DNA of 64,000 nucleotides from Lama guanicoe (Eukaryota): the NCBI GenBank assembly GCA_013239625.1, contig MU053472.1, positions 3,259,822-3,323,821 of the forward strand. Reading direction: 5' to 3'. Below the pieces are notes generated by a model. The model was not told where the DNA came from. It worked only from the letters and a program-made list of their open reading frames with translations, and did no database searches. The position numbers and the translations under genes are program-made. Positions 25,425 to 37,819 of this stretch are shown here, piece by piece; position 1 is the stretch's first letter, and each line of letters begins with the position of its first letter.

Positions 25425-26549
25425 GTAATGCTTTCATTTGACCTGTTGCAGTTGTAGAGTTTTAATTCTGAGTGTCACTTGAAAGATAAATCCCCAGTAA
25501 CTCTCATTTTGAAATTCAACAGTCAGTTTGAGCTGTTGATCAAAATGAGATTTTCTTGATTCTCTCAAGCTCTTATCTCCTTTTATTTTAAAATAAGCAT
25601 GTGGACTTGACTTGGTTAATGAAGAGGTATGCTGTCTTGGATTCTGTAGCCATGGCAGAAGAGAAAACATACTAATACTTATTAAAATCTACCAGTTCTG
25701 CCAATTCCTGTAAGAACTAGTGAGATTGAGAATCTAGAAAGCATCTATCCCAGTGACGTTTATTTATTTATTTTAGTTCTCTTTTCCTTCAGTTGAGTTG
25801 GTGGGCTTGGGTAAGCCTGACGTTCATTCTCTTCCTCCACTCTGCCTCCCCTTCTCATATAGTGTAAGAATCTTTATAATTGTGACCCTCTATCACTGAG
25901 GTGTAAAACCCTTCAGATATGTCTGAGTAGAAAAAAAGAATATGTGTTGCTGACCAAGGCACTAAGATCTTGATCAGTCAATTGAAGGGTTTATTAGCAT
26001 TTTTATTTACTATTAAGGCCAAGTTGGGGGTTTTTGAAAGAAAAGATAGCCTAATGTAGATGGAATAATAGAGTAGGACTTAATTATCTGGACAAAAGAT
26101 GGCCAATAGGTTTTCATCTCTGGTGCTAACCCCATCGACTGATAATAGCTGCTTAGAGTGTTGTTTTAAGGAGCTGTGTCTGGGCATGGAAAGGCTATCT
26201 GACTGACATGGTCATGCCGCTAGGGGCAGCATACATGGTATTTGCAAAGTCTGAATTAACTTATGATTTAAGATACTTCAATTATTGGCTGGTAGCAAGA
26301 GTAAATCTCAAATGGTGATTACACAGGTCAATTTGATCAAGAATCCTTTATATTGCCAATGGAGGAAAAGAGAACAATGCCTGGTTAAAATTATAAAATG
26401 ACACCTTAAGTGTATCTGTTTTGCCATGGGGAGATGAACACTGGAGGAGGGGAGTGCAATTAAAAAAGGGACAGAGGGTAGAGACGGTAGGTAATAAGCA
26501 AAGGGTGGTGTCGCATGCTAGTAAATAAAATGCGAAAAAAGGTATGTAT

Positions 26550-27790
26550 GTGATAACTTCCTATAAATAAAATCAAGTCACATATTCTTCATCATATGTG
26601 ATCAGAGCCTAACAATAGAAGCATAAACTTCTTCTAAGGAAACAAGTCTTGAAGAGAGATTGAGTAGTTCTGGATGTACATATCAACATACTATGTAGAG
26701 AAATCCATAAATTTATTGAAGCACAAATTTGGGTGAGTGAACAAATTGAATATTTTTTGAATGTTCACTAGATTTTTTGAATATTTACTAAAATTGTCTC
26801 CATTGGATACAATAAATAGATGGCATATTTCTGAGATTACAAAGTGGTACAGAAAAATAGTTATGATAGTGATAGGGGATTTCCATAATCTGAATATCTA
26901 TGAAGATCTTCATTTAGTTAAAAGTTTCTGAAATGAGCTAGGGAATATAGTCAATAACATTGTAACAACTTAGTATGGTGACAGAGGGGAATTTGATCTA
27001 TTGTGGTGATCATTTCATAATGTTTAAAAATACCGAATTACTATGTTATATACCTGAAACTAATATAATATGTATGTTCATTATAATTCCATTTAAAAAT
27101 AAAATATTTAATTCATATTTACTTGCCATTAATTTAGTCAAATAGCTCTATTGGCCACTCTTAGAAAAAAGGTAACTAATAATAAAATAATGATAGAATT
27201 GAGAAATACCAAAACAAAGTATCTGAAATGAGCAATAATTATAAAAAAAAGTAGAAAGCTAAGGGAGTTTTTCATTTTGGGTCAGATAATGACAAATAAG
27301 GAGAAATGACTGAAAGGTAGGTTATAAACCTTGAAAAAAGGAGATCATATTTTAGAATCAACTTTAGCCAAGTTGGGAAATGTTAGATATGGTGGATCTT
27401 GTACCTATCAGTTAAAAAATGAGATAGTAGTAGAAAGTTCACAGAAAATTGTTATGATTGAAATGTAGGAGAAAAGAGGACAGCATCTGAAGAGAGCTGT
27501 ATAACCAAAAACAGTTCTATGAGCCCAGAGTTTAAAGGACATATAAAGGATTCCAGGTATAAACAGAGGTATACTAGTTATAGGGGCAGAACTGTGAGAA
27601 TAGTTAAGAAAGCCAAAGGCTAGATTGAGCTGAGGATTCTAAAATTTTCTAAAATAACCAAAAGGACTTTTAAAATTATTTTGGGAACATGAGGAACATG
27701 GAAGGGATGTCTACTTGGGGCAAATGATGCTTTGTCTATAAACAACAGAAGTTAAACTGTTCAGTTACTATCTTGCTTTAATTTTTATCA
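26550..27790 (+). mobile_element. Ancient CR1/L3 LINE remnant, interrupted by an L1-derived insertion
   Basis: aaagccaaaggctagattgagctgagg...aataaccaaaaggactttt resembles the CR1 ORF2 motif KAKAQxELRLAKxxKDNKKGF. Boundaries approximate. Confidence 0.5.
26939..27215 (+). mobile_element. Short L1 3' end plus ~110 bp of extra 3' sequence inside an 18-bp TSD
   Basis: TSD aaagt(t/a)tctgaaatgagc at 26921-26938 and 27216-27233. L1 3' UTR motif ctatgttatatacctgaaactaatataat. Confidence 0.75.
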
Positions 27791-28384
27791 AGGTAAGTGG
27801 TTTTTCATTTGAAAATATATAGAAAATATATTTGAATTCATATTAAAAATAAACAGATGAGAACAGAAAGGAGGTGGCAGGGGGTAATATATAAATTTCT
27901 TGATCTTCTTAGTTGATATTAAGACATTGAGGTTTAAATATACTTAATTATATAGGTGACCATCAAAAGGAAGAAAAGAGCTAAACTTGTTCCAAATACA
28001 AAATAGCAAAACAATACCCAAAACAAAAACACAGCAGTAAAAAGAAAATTAAAAAGGCATTAAAAATAGAATGTGTGTGGTATTCCATCAGTGCTCTGAA
28101 ACATTGGTGTTAAAAAAGAAAAATTTCTGTATATTTTAGATTAGTTAATTCCTGGGAAAACTCTGTGAAGGTTTATTAAACAGATGGTCTGAAATCCTCT
28201 TAAACCGTGATCACAAAGAGAAACATGGATTCATGGAAAACAGAATCTTGCCAGAATAATACCACTTCCTGTTTTTGAGATAGAAGAGGGAAGTTCTGTA
28301 ACTATTTGCGTTGCAGTAAGGCATACGATTGTTTTTCGTTTTATCCACGTGAACATTTTGAACAAATGTTGGCTTGATCATCCA

Positions 28385-28540
28385 AATCAGCTGGAACCAG
28401 TAGCCACATGTGGCTATGTAAATTAAATGAGAAGTAATGAAGTAAAATAAAAAATTCAGTCCTTCTTCTACCAATTGGACACCGTAGATACAGAACATTT
28501 CCAGCATCATAGAAAGTTCTATGGGAAAGCAATGCCCTAG
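28385..28540. mobile_element. MER3/MER33-like hAT remnant
   Basis: tagccacatgtggcta palindrome and agaacatttccagcatcatagaaagttctatgg. Confidence 0.7.
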
Positions 28541-29108
28541 AGATTCTGATTCTGTAGGTCTGGGGTGTTCCAGACTTGGCCCCTTCTCTAGAGATGACCT
28601 ATATAATTAGGCAGATTTGTAACTATTTGAGTGATTCTTCAGATTGTACCTCCTATAATTTCCCCACTAATCCTTTGTTTCAGCTAGCTTGTTTGTTGGT
28701 GCTCTGTGAAAGTCCCTTACAACTTTGTCTTCTTTCTTCCCTTTGCTTTTCCTCTTATGTGCTTTTGTGGATTCTGATCACTGGTTGTTTTCTCAGCACC
28801 TGTTCTCCCTTCCTGCCTAACAGATTACTGACTTTCTTGAGATGTGTGCCATTCCTCACAGCCTCATGCCTGAGGTAAAGTTGGTGCTATCCTCAGCTTC
28901 AGGGGTGTGCCTGTTTGGCAAAGGAAATGGATTTTCCTTTAACATTGGTTTAGGAATGGGTTTGTAACCCAAATAACATGTGAGAGGGGAAAGTCTGGAA
29001 GTATGAAATTAGAAAGCGTTTACTCATTGCTGACATAACCCTGGGATGAGAAAACTCTGTGTATCGATAAGATTTTTGTTCACACTTATTTTTCATAATG
29101 CTTTTAAG

Positions 29109-29210
29109 AGTGTACAGCTCAGTGGCTTAATGTGCACAAGGTCCTGGGTTCAATCCCCAGTACTTCCACTAAATAAATAAATCTAATTACCCACCCCAAA
29201 CAAACAAAAA
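29109..29210 (+). mobile_element. Vic-1-like SINE (internally deleted)
   Basis: cagctcagtgg...gtcctgggttcaatccccagtac with an A-rich tail; aatgctttta on both sides. Confidence 0.85.
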
Positions 29211-29515
29211 AATGCTTTTAGAATATGGTGTTCAAATGTGACTTCCGTGGTTCTTTTAGATTACAATCTTTAAATTGTTTGATTTCTTAGTCTTGTTTTT
29301 TCGATTTAATTGTAAATTCTTTGGAAGCTCAAACACCAAACAACCTTGGATATAGATAGCCAATATGTATTTTCCTTACTTTCCTAAATTTGTGATTACA
29401 TACATAGTATAAGCTTATGTAAACATTTATTTGTATGACAAAGCAGAAGTTAACTAAATTAATTTAACAATCTTTAGAGGTTTTTGAAATAAAGATTTTG
29501 TCATTTTTTTTCTAG

Positions 29516-29584
29516 CTGTTACCATTGACTGAAGAAGAGAAAACTGCGGCAGAGCAATTAAAAGCTTACATGCCAGGCTTATGA
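29516..29584 (+). CDS. SKA2: SKA2 coding exon 4 (stop TGA 29582-29584)
   Basis: tctag|LLPLTEEEKTAAEQLKAYMPGL*. The four exons sum to 11+29+59+22 = 121 aa, the known SKA2 length. Confidence 0.96.
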   Translation: MLPLTEEEKTAAEQLKAYMPGL

Positions 29585-29768
29585 AGAAATGGACTTGTAA
29601 AAGGGGACTCTGATGGAGAAGCGGTCAATTCCAGAGACATTTAGGAAGATGACTTGTTAGCACTTGATGACTAGTGTTGGGGGGATGGCAAAGGTGATTT
29701 GACTTGGGTGACTGGATAGTGATGCCTTTCACAAGATAAGGGAATACAAGAAGGACAGACATTATATT

Positions 29769-31515
29769 AATAAAGTTCACTCAAAAGGACGGAATGGAAA
29801 TAAAGGACTTAAAAATATATGCACATACGCTTAGTCCTGTAGTTTCAGGCAAGGAACTCTCAACACTATTTTGTACCTGTTTTTGTACAATCGGGATTAC
29901 ACAGATGTCCTGGCCTATTGTAAAAGAGTAGGTACTGTCAGTCAGTCAAGTGTAAATGAGCATGCTTTGGAAATTAAAGGATAGACACATATTTGTATTA
30001 TATTATACATTATATACGTATATAATTTTATTATTGAAAATTTTGATTACAGATGTGGTCACATTATCAGTGAGGCTGCTAATATGTGACTTACCATCTC
30101 CCACAAAACCTAACTTTGGTAAGAAGCTGGCTTTTCTGTGACAGCCTCACTTGTGTTTCTTTTTGTCCTGTTCCTTCTGCTTGCTAATGTTTGGCAGCAT
30201 GAGTGCTGCTTTCAAATGCTGTTTTAGACTGTCTGTGTTGTATTTCAATACTACCTTTGTTCTTCTTTCGCATCTACATTACTGTAATTGTTTATTCTAT
30301 GTGAAAGGTAAGAAACTGAAATGAGAGGATCACTGGCAACTGCTACTTGCCAGTTTTGTGTGTGTGAATTTCCATATTTGTTAGGGAAAAAAAAACTAAT
30401 GGGAAGTAAATAGGAAAGTAAATCATAGTGTATCTATCCAGTAGGGGGTCAAGTTGCCAATAAATTACTACTGTTAATGTTCTGGGAAATGCTGAAGCTA
30501 TGCTAAGTGGGTGAGAGGGGAAGCTTTATAGTTTTGTAGTTAAGATTGGGTTTGAAGTCATACCTCAGATGTAAATAGCTGGTTTTAAATTCTAGCTGTA
30601 TGATGCTGAGCAACTCACTTAACTTGTATGTGTCAGGATGGATGGAAGCACAATGAGATTTTAAAGTGTTAGGATTTGGCATTTAGTAATCCTTCAGTAT
30701 TTCCATATATGTAATAAAAACAAGTTATTGAAAAGACTAGGAAAATTGTATAAAATGTTAGTTCTGTAGGTTATAGAACTATACTTTTACAAAATAAAAA
30801 AAATTTTTTTGTTATGTTATTAACAAACTTATAATACCTAACAAGCAGGGTTGGGAAAGTAGCTTCAGTTAAAATTGTCCTGCCTATTTTGCATATTTTG
30901 AGAACAGAATGTTCCCCTTTTTTAAATTACAGAGAAATAAGTCACACCTCAGTAACCTATTTTTCTTCAGTACTCAGGCAGTTAATACTGAGGAAGTTCC
31001 TGTAATGGGGTGGCTCTGGGATGTGATGTTGATTGGTAAGGTTGAAAAATGGTAGTATCACAAAGAGGTCATAGCAAGTTACTGGTGTTAAAGTGGTTTT
31101 GCTTTCAATCTGGAAAAAAAGACTAGAATGTACTGTTTTCCCTCTGACTTCCTTCACAAGTTACCTTCTAAACATTTGTTCTTACCCTCTTCTCCCTTAA
31201 AATTGTTCTCTATGCACTTCTTTATGTGTTCATTTATTTCCCAAGCTTCATATATTGCCTCATGGGGGATGATTCCCAAATATAACTTATTGCACTAAAC
31301 CTAATCCACATATCCAATAGAAATCTCTACCTGAATATTCAAAACTGAATGTTTCCAGCTGTGTAGCGTTGGTGGTATAGTGGTGAGCATAGCTGCCTTC
31401 CAAACTGAATGTTTCCAGAATACCTACTGATTTTTGTTATTTTATTAATGGCCACTGTTCTGTTAGTTGTAATTTAAAAGTTTGTACCCTTTTCTTTATC
31501 TTGTTAATCAATAAA
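29769..31515 (+). terminator. Series of candidate SKA2 polyadenylation signals
   Basis: AATAAA at 29769, 29799, 30713, 30793 and 31510. Which are used cannot be told from DNA. Confidence 0.4.
31366..31403 (+). pseudogene. Tailless retropseudogene: 5' half of tRNA-Gly(TCC)
   Basis: GCGTTGGTGGTATAGTGGTGAGCATAGCTGCCTTCCAA matches the 5' half of mammalian tRNA-Gly-TCC up to the anticodon loop. 17-bp TSD aaactgaatgtttccag at 31342-31358 and 31402-31418. Confidence 0.93.
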
Positions 31516-32929
31516 ATCTGTAATTCTATTTTTGAAATGTTCATACTATCCAATCTTCACTTTATCGTCACTCTTACTAGCAAATTTAGACTTTTCTCAT
31601 CTTGATAACTTTCCTTTGACGATAGTGTTTTTGTCTTAAGTTGTAAGTCACAAAAATTAATTTTAATTAGGTTGTATTCTAGTACAACTTTAAGAAATTA
31701 AAAAATAAAAGTATGCCTATTCTCCAGAGCAATCTGCAGTTTTTTCAGATGTTTTACATGCAAGTTAAAAAAAATTAAAAAAAAATAAAAATAGGCTGAT
31801 ACCATAATTGTACTATAGCTACAGTTCGGTTTTTCTTTTTTTCACTAAAAATTTTTTTTTAATTTCTTTTTTGAAGGGAGGTAATTCTTTTTTTCATTTT
31901 AAATATATTTGGGTAGCTTCATATCACACCTCTGCCATTCTTTTGAACAGCTGTATATATAAATTTACTATAATTTTTACCAGTTCCTCACTGATAGCAT
32001 TTAAGCTGTGTAACACACAAGTCAGGAGACATTTTTGGGGGTGGGATTAGGGGAAGGGCAGCAAGCTCAGCCTTTCCTTAAGGAATTCTGATGGAGCAGA
32101 TCACAGTTTTCTTAACCACACAGGTTAGCTTAATATCCTGCCAACTAAATTCCTTTTTGCTTAAGTTAGCCAGAATTTGACTTTGTGCTTGCAAGCAATG
32201 ACCCCGAACTAGGTTTTCTCCGGACTGAAAGCACAACCAGTTTAACACTGGTAACTTGTACATGTTTTCTAATTTTCCACTATTATGAACTATTTCAACA
32301 AGTCTTTAGACATTTTGAGGTCCTTGATCAAATATATCTATTAGTATAAGAACCTATTTTTAATATTTATCACACACTAATTTGTCTTGTTTTCTACTAT
32401 GCTGGGTTGCAAAGACCACTTCTTGTTATGTTACTCTTTGCACCCAGGTGTTCCACAAATAATTTTTTAATTGAGGTAAAATCAACGTATCATAAAATTA
32501 ACCATTAACCTTTATTAAAATTTTAGTATAAAAGGTGTGCAACCACCATCTCTATGTAGTTCCAAGACCATAAATTTTCGTGCAAGAATTTTTCAGGTAC
32601 AGACTAATCTTCCAAAATGACATCTGTCCATGGCTTATGTAGTTAAAAAAATTGTTACTGCTCACTACCTTGTAAGAAAGTCCCAATGCTTTGATATTCA
32701 AGAAGTTCTTCCTACATTATTCTTGATTCTGTTCATGTGCATTCAAGAGTGGGTTAAATGTAACAGCTGTTTGCAACAAACTGGAAAGGAAAAATTAAAT
32801 TCAGACTAAGAATCTGATGTATGTCCTTGGTCTCACACCTTCAGTTCCTGCACTCTTTAAACATTTCTTATGCTAGAAAATTGTAGAAAGCAGACGCCAA
32901 TATAGGAAAGCTGAATACAGCGACAGTTC

Positions 32930-34330
32930 ACTCAAGCGGCAAGAAATGGCAGGGCCAATGTGGTTTGGTGTGGGTCCGAGTTCTACACACCGTCCGTGGT
33001 CCGATCCTCCCAACCCCAAAATGAAACTACCGCTCGAGGCTTCACAATCTGGAGCTTTGCTTCAGTAGGTGCGGCGGAAGTCTTAAAACTCCCAGAATCT
33101 GGGCTTGCTTTCCGAGAAAGAACCACTAGCCACCAATCCTCTGCACTAAGGTTTCTCATGGGCGCGGGCCTCAGGCCACCTGCAGCCAAATCACAGAGAG
33201 TAGTTGTGATTAAAACACTGATTTCGTGGAGTCCCACCCAAAACCGCGGAGGCCGAATACCTAGGGGTGTGGCTCCAGAGACCGTACTTTCCACAAACAC
33301 TCCAGGTGGCTCCAGGGTTTGGCGCGCAAACGTTTGAGACGGGTGGAGCGCCGCCCCTCCCCTGAGGGGGGCGGGGCGCAGCGAAGCACGCGTTGGCCGG
33401 GGCCGACCGCACGCAACCCTGCGGCAGCGAGCCGCCAAATCTCGTGTGCGCCTCCGCACCGCGGGAACTAGGCGCCGCCTCTCTGGTCCCCTCCCTTAGC
33501 GCAGCGGCATGCGCGCATGCGTGCACGCGCGCCGCGCCTCTCCTCAGACCGCGCCTTCCGCTGCCCTGGTTACCGTTGGTGCTGGCGAATTCCCTGAAGC
33601 ACCTTCTTAGCTGAGACCAGCGCCGCCGGGCTCCAGCAGCGGTTCCTTACGCGCGCGCCCGCATCACGTGGGCCGAGGCTCCCTCGCGGTCGCTGGCGGG
33701 CCAGTGAGCCGGGAGGAAAGAAGCTGCGGCTACCGCTCACTCTCCCACTGCGCCCTAGGGCGGGCGCGCGGATAAAAATGGCGAAGTGGGGGTAGCTGGC
33801 GCCGAACCTGAAGCGATGGGGCGCGCAGGTGGGGCGGTCGTCGGAGGCCCCTGACGTGAGCGCCTGGCTGTTCTCGGCGATTTGACCTGGCGACCTCGGG
33901 CCGGCGCCTAATAGGTCAGACCACGGGCTCCGCGGGTCGTCGAGGCCCCCGCCGAGAGCCGGAGGCAATGGATGAACAGAGCGTGGAGGTGAGGGGGGTT
34001 GAGGAGGGTGGTGGTTAGTCTCTCTCGCCACCCGCTGAGCGTTCTCTATTCGGGGCGCCTTGCCCTGGTCCACTTTCTCTTAGGGCACCCCCACCCCACC
34101 GCTGCAGCTGAGGAAAGCGCTGGCCCAGTGCGGAGGACGCTGTGCTCATTCTGCAGCCCTCTGGGTGCCCTGCGCTCTGACCGTTGCCACTTTCGAGTGG
34201 TGCGTATCCTGACGATTTCAGGATGTCTTTGCACCGGTACTCCTCCCCACAGGGTGTTTGCAAACTATAGCCTGTTCAGAGCAAAACTGCAAATTCATTA
34301 GATGGACGTGCCCTGCGACTCCTTACCAAT
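32930..34330. promoter_or_regulatory. CpG island / TRIM37 promoter and first exon
   Basis: Very CpG-rich. GC boxes at ~3335x-33377, NRF1-like GCGCATGCG at 33513, E-box CACGTG at 33665, YY1-like AAAATGGCG at 33775. Confidence 0.9.
33968..33988 (+). CDS. TRIM37: TRIM37 (E3 ubiquitin ligase) coding exon 1
   Basis: MDEQSVE|gtgagg, Kozak GCAATGG. Confidence 0.95.
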
Positions 34331-35652
34331 TCTTAACGAGTTCAAGCGAGGATCCAAATCTCCCTCCGAATGAATAGTCATTCCCTCTCAGTGGTGCATT
34401 TTGTAGACATCTGCCCTTACTAGACTAAGTGAGGATATACTCTGTGGTTTTCCGAATCAACCTATTCTTTTTACACTTGACTCTTGTAAACTGTGATATC
34501 AACCATTTGAGATATTTACGTTAAGGCTAGGAACATAAAAAAAAGATTGCTTATTGTGCATAATTATATAATGGTTATCAAATTTTGAGCCTTCCAATTA
34601 GTAAAATACTAAATCCTTGCTTCTTAGTAAGGGACGACTCCACTTGAAGCTAGTTCTTCCAATGGTCTTATTGTCCACCCCCCAGCATCTGCATCTCACA
34701 GGTTCTTTCTGGTCCTGCAGAGTCATGATTAGACTCATGAGTAATTTTCTCCTTAATTCCTCATGTGAAAGTATTATAAAGGTTTTGTAACCTTACCTTG
34801 CTTTTAGGAGAGTTCAATTCCCCCGGAATGGAGTAAAAATAAATGTGAGTACTGTAAAAATAAATTTGAAATGTGTAATAACCTACATTTTATTATAATT
34901 GTTTTCTTGTCAAATACTCCCTAAATTGACTTATCTGAGGTTAGCAAAGATAATATTGTTTTTTCTATTTGCGTAATTTTGTTTTTTTCCTGAAGCCTTC
35001 ATGGAGCTACAACCAAAATTCTCAAAAGGGGCAAAGTTTCAGGCTCAAATAAGTAGCTAGTAGGTTGCAGCATCATGGCAGAAATTCCACTTTGTGGATT
35101 CTGAATCACATAGTTTCTCTCTTGACCAGGGTACGCTGCCATTAATGTATCTTTTTAAAATTAAAAAAATTATAAAAGCAGTCCATCTCCCTTGGGGAAA
35201 TTGCAGAAAAAGTTAAAAGTTCGTATTGTTCATTCAGTCATATAGTTTGCCTTTTTTCCCCTTACTATTGTACATTATAAGGATTTTCTTGATCATTAAA
35301 TAATTCAAAAATATTTCTAGTGACTCTCATAATCTATGGTAACTGCCATCATTTAATATTTCAACATTTGGGCTATAGCCAGATTCTTGCCATTATAATT
35401 AATGCTTCAGTGAAAATGTGCTTAAGTCTGTGTTTGCATTTCATATTCTTTCCTTAGAATAGAACCATTGTGAAGCTTAGAAAAAAGGAAGCATTTTTTC
35501 CCTAGGAGATGTTCTGAGGTACCCTGGACCTTGACTAACCAAGTCAGGATATGGAATGTAGTTAAAACTGAGATATTATCAGCTCAAATTAAGTGTAAAT
35601 GTCTAGTGAATTATTTTCAAGTACACTTTTTATTCTTGATTCAATAGCCTAA

Positions 35653-35841
<189 letters not shown>

Positions 35842-37819
35842 TAACCATTTTCTTTATCTTTTTCTTATTTTACATTTTATGCCCCTTTAAAAAATGTCTT
35901 AAATGAATGTTCCAAATAGGGAGCCCATACACTGCTTAATATTATAGAGAGGAATGATGATCAAGTGATAATTGCCATGAAATGTCTGGAAACCAAAGCC
36001 CAGTGTAGTTGTAGTATGTTTATATTATTAAATCAACTGCACATGTAACAAGTACTTGTAAAGGGCTTGCCTGCATTTTGTTTGGGGTTGAGGAATACTA
36101 AGATAAATGATGAAAATCCTTGCTCTGCAGGAGCTTAAATCTAATTGAGAGAATGGACTTTGTGTTTATATTGAAGAATGGATAGTGTCATAAAGAGGCA
36201 CTCATAAAGTGCTGTGAGACTCAGGAGGGAGGGTTTATACTTGTTTGATGGGTGAGCTAGAGAAAAAGCTAGTAATGGGTTCAAAGACAAAAAATAAAAT
36301 TGTTTAATCTTACAGATAAAAGAGACCTTAAAGATGAATAGAATCCAGTGGCTTTAAAAGTTGAATGTAGGTGAACCCCACAAACAAAACTATGAAAAAG
36401 TGTAAGATGTGAAGCAGAAGAACTTACTTTGGTTGTGTGTGGGGCTTCAGCAGCACACCTGCAGGCCACAGTTGAAAGCTGCCCCTGCCCACATTACTCT
36501 TGGTAGATTATTCCTTTACTGAGAAGGTCAGTCATCTAACATGCTTGTCACCTCAGAATTTCTCTGTAGTTCCTTATTCCTGCCTGAGGAAGGTAAATCT
36601 CCCTTTGTCAAGAGTAATAACTGTAATATTTAAATCATTTGCTTCCAGTCGCGCAGTTAGTAAGTGATGGAGCTGGATCTGAACCTAGCGGTCTGTCTCT
36701 AGAGGCTGTGTTCTTCGGCACTTCACCTCGTGCAGAAGACCTAAGTTACATGCCATGCTGGTTCTCCCCACTCATCAACGGAGAGACTTGATCCTTCCTT
36801 CTTAGCATTGTTTTCTCAGTTACAGAATGTGGATAACAAGGTCTGTCTCATAGGATGGCTGAGGCATTAAATGAAATAAGCTGAAAAATAATTTAGAAAG
36901 TAAAATGTGCTCTCCACTTGTAAGGTATTACTGTATTGTAAAAACAGCAACGAATACACACACCATTATTTATATTTTATAAACGGTGAAGCCGAAGCTA
37001 GAGAAATTAAGTGATTGACCTCCATCACAGTAGTTAATTGGTAGAGTGGATCTGGACTCAGCTCTTTTGATGAAGGTCTGGTATACATATATGACCTGGT
37101 TATTACCTTATACCTCATTGATTCTTCATTTCCTCACTGTTACTTCTTCCTCCTCCTGTTCTTTGAAAGCATTTATTTCTGAAATACTGCTGCTGGCATT
37201 CTCTATTATGAAGTTTCTGGGAAATTTTCATTTACTTTGAGAAATTTGGTTTACTCCTACAGGTTTAGCTATCATCTCTGTCTGTCTCCTAAATCTATTC
37301 ATTCAACATTGACCTATAAATGTCTTATCTGATTATCCTTCCAGCATCTCGAACTTTGTTCCAGATCAAATTCTTCCTATTATTTTTCTCAACTTGACTC
37401 TTTTTGACTTCTTTTTTTGCTCTTTTCCACCAGTCACTCAAACCTGAAACCTCTGACGCCAGTCATTTTTAAGTCTTGTCAGTTATCTCCTAGTGTCAGT
37501 TATATCTGTCCTACTTTTTCATTCCTATTATTACCTTTCTAATAGAGAAATACAGAATTTATTACCTCATGCCTAGGTAATCATAGTTACCATATACCTG
37601 ATCTCTCTGTCTTGAGTTTTTTCTTATCTCTAGTCTATTTTATATCTTGCTACCATATTGATGTTTTCCAGTAATGTCATTTTATTTTCTCTTCTAGAAG
37701 CCTCAGAGTTATTGCCTGAAGGATAAAGTCCAAGAATGTTAGGCTTATATTCAGACCATCTGGATAATATGGTTCTGACCTTTCTTTTTAGAATTGTCTT
37801 GGTTCCTGAATGCACCGTT

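Noticed and set aside
31366..31403. Functional tRNA-Gly gene
   Set aside because: Only the 5' half is present; no T-arm, B box or 3' acceptor strand.
32960..34301. Several overlapping 100-167 aa ORFs on both strands
   Set aside because: Typical CpG-island artefacts (Arg/Pro/Ala/Gly-rich). The real coding start is the 21-nt TRIM37 exon 1.
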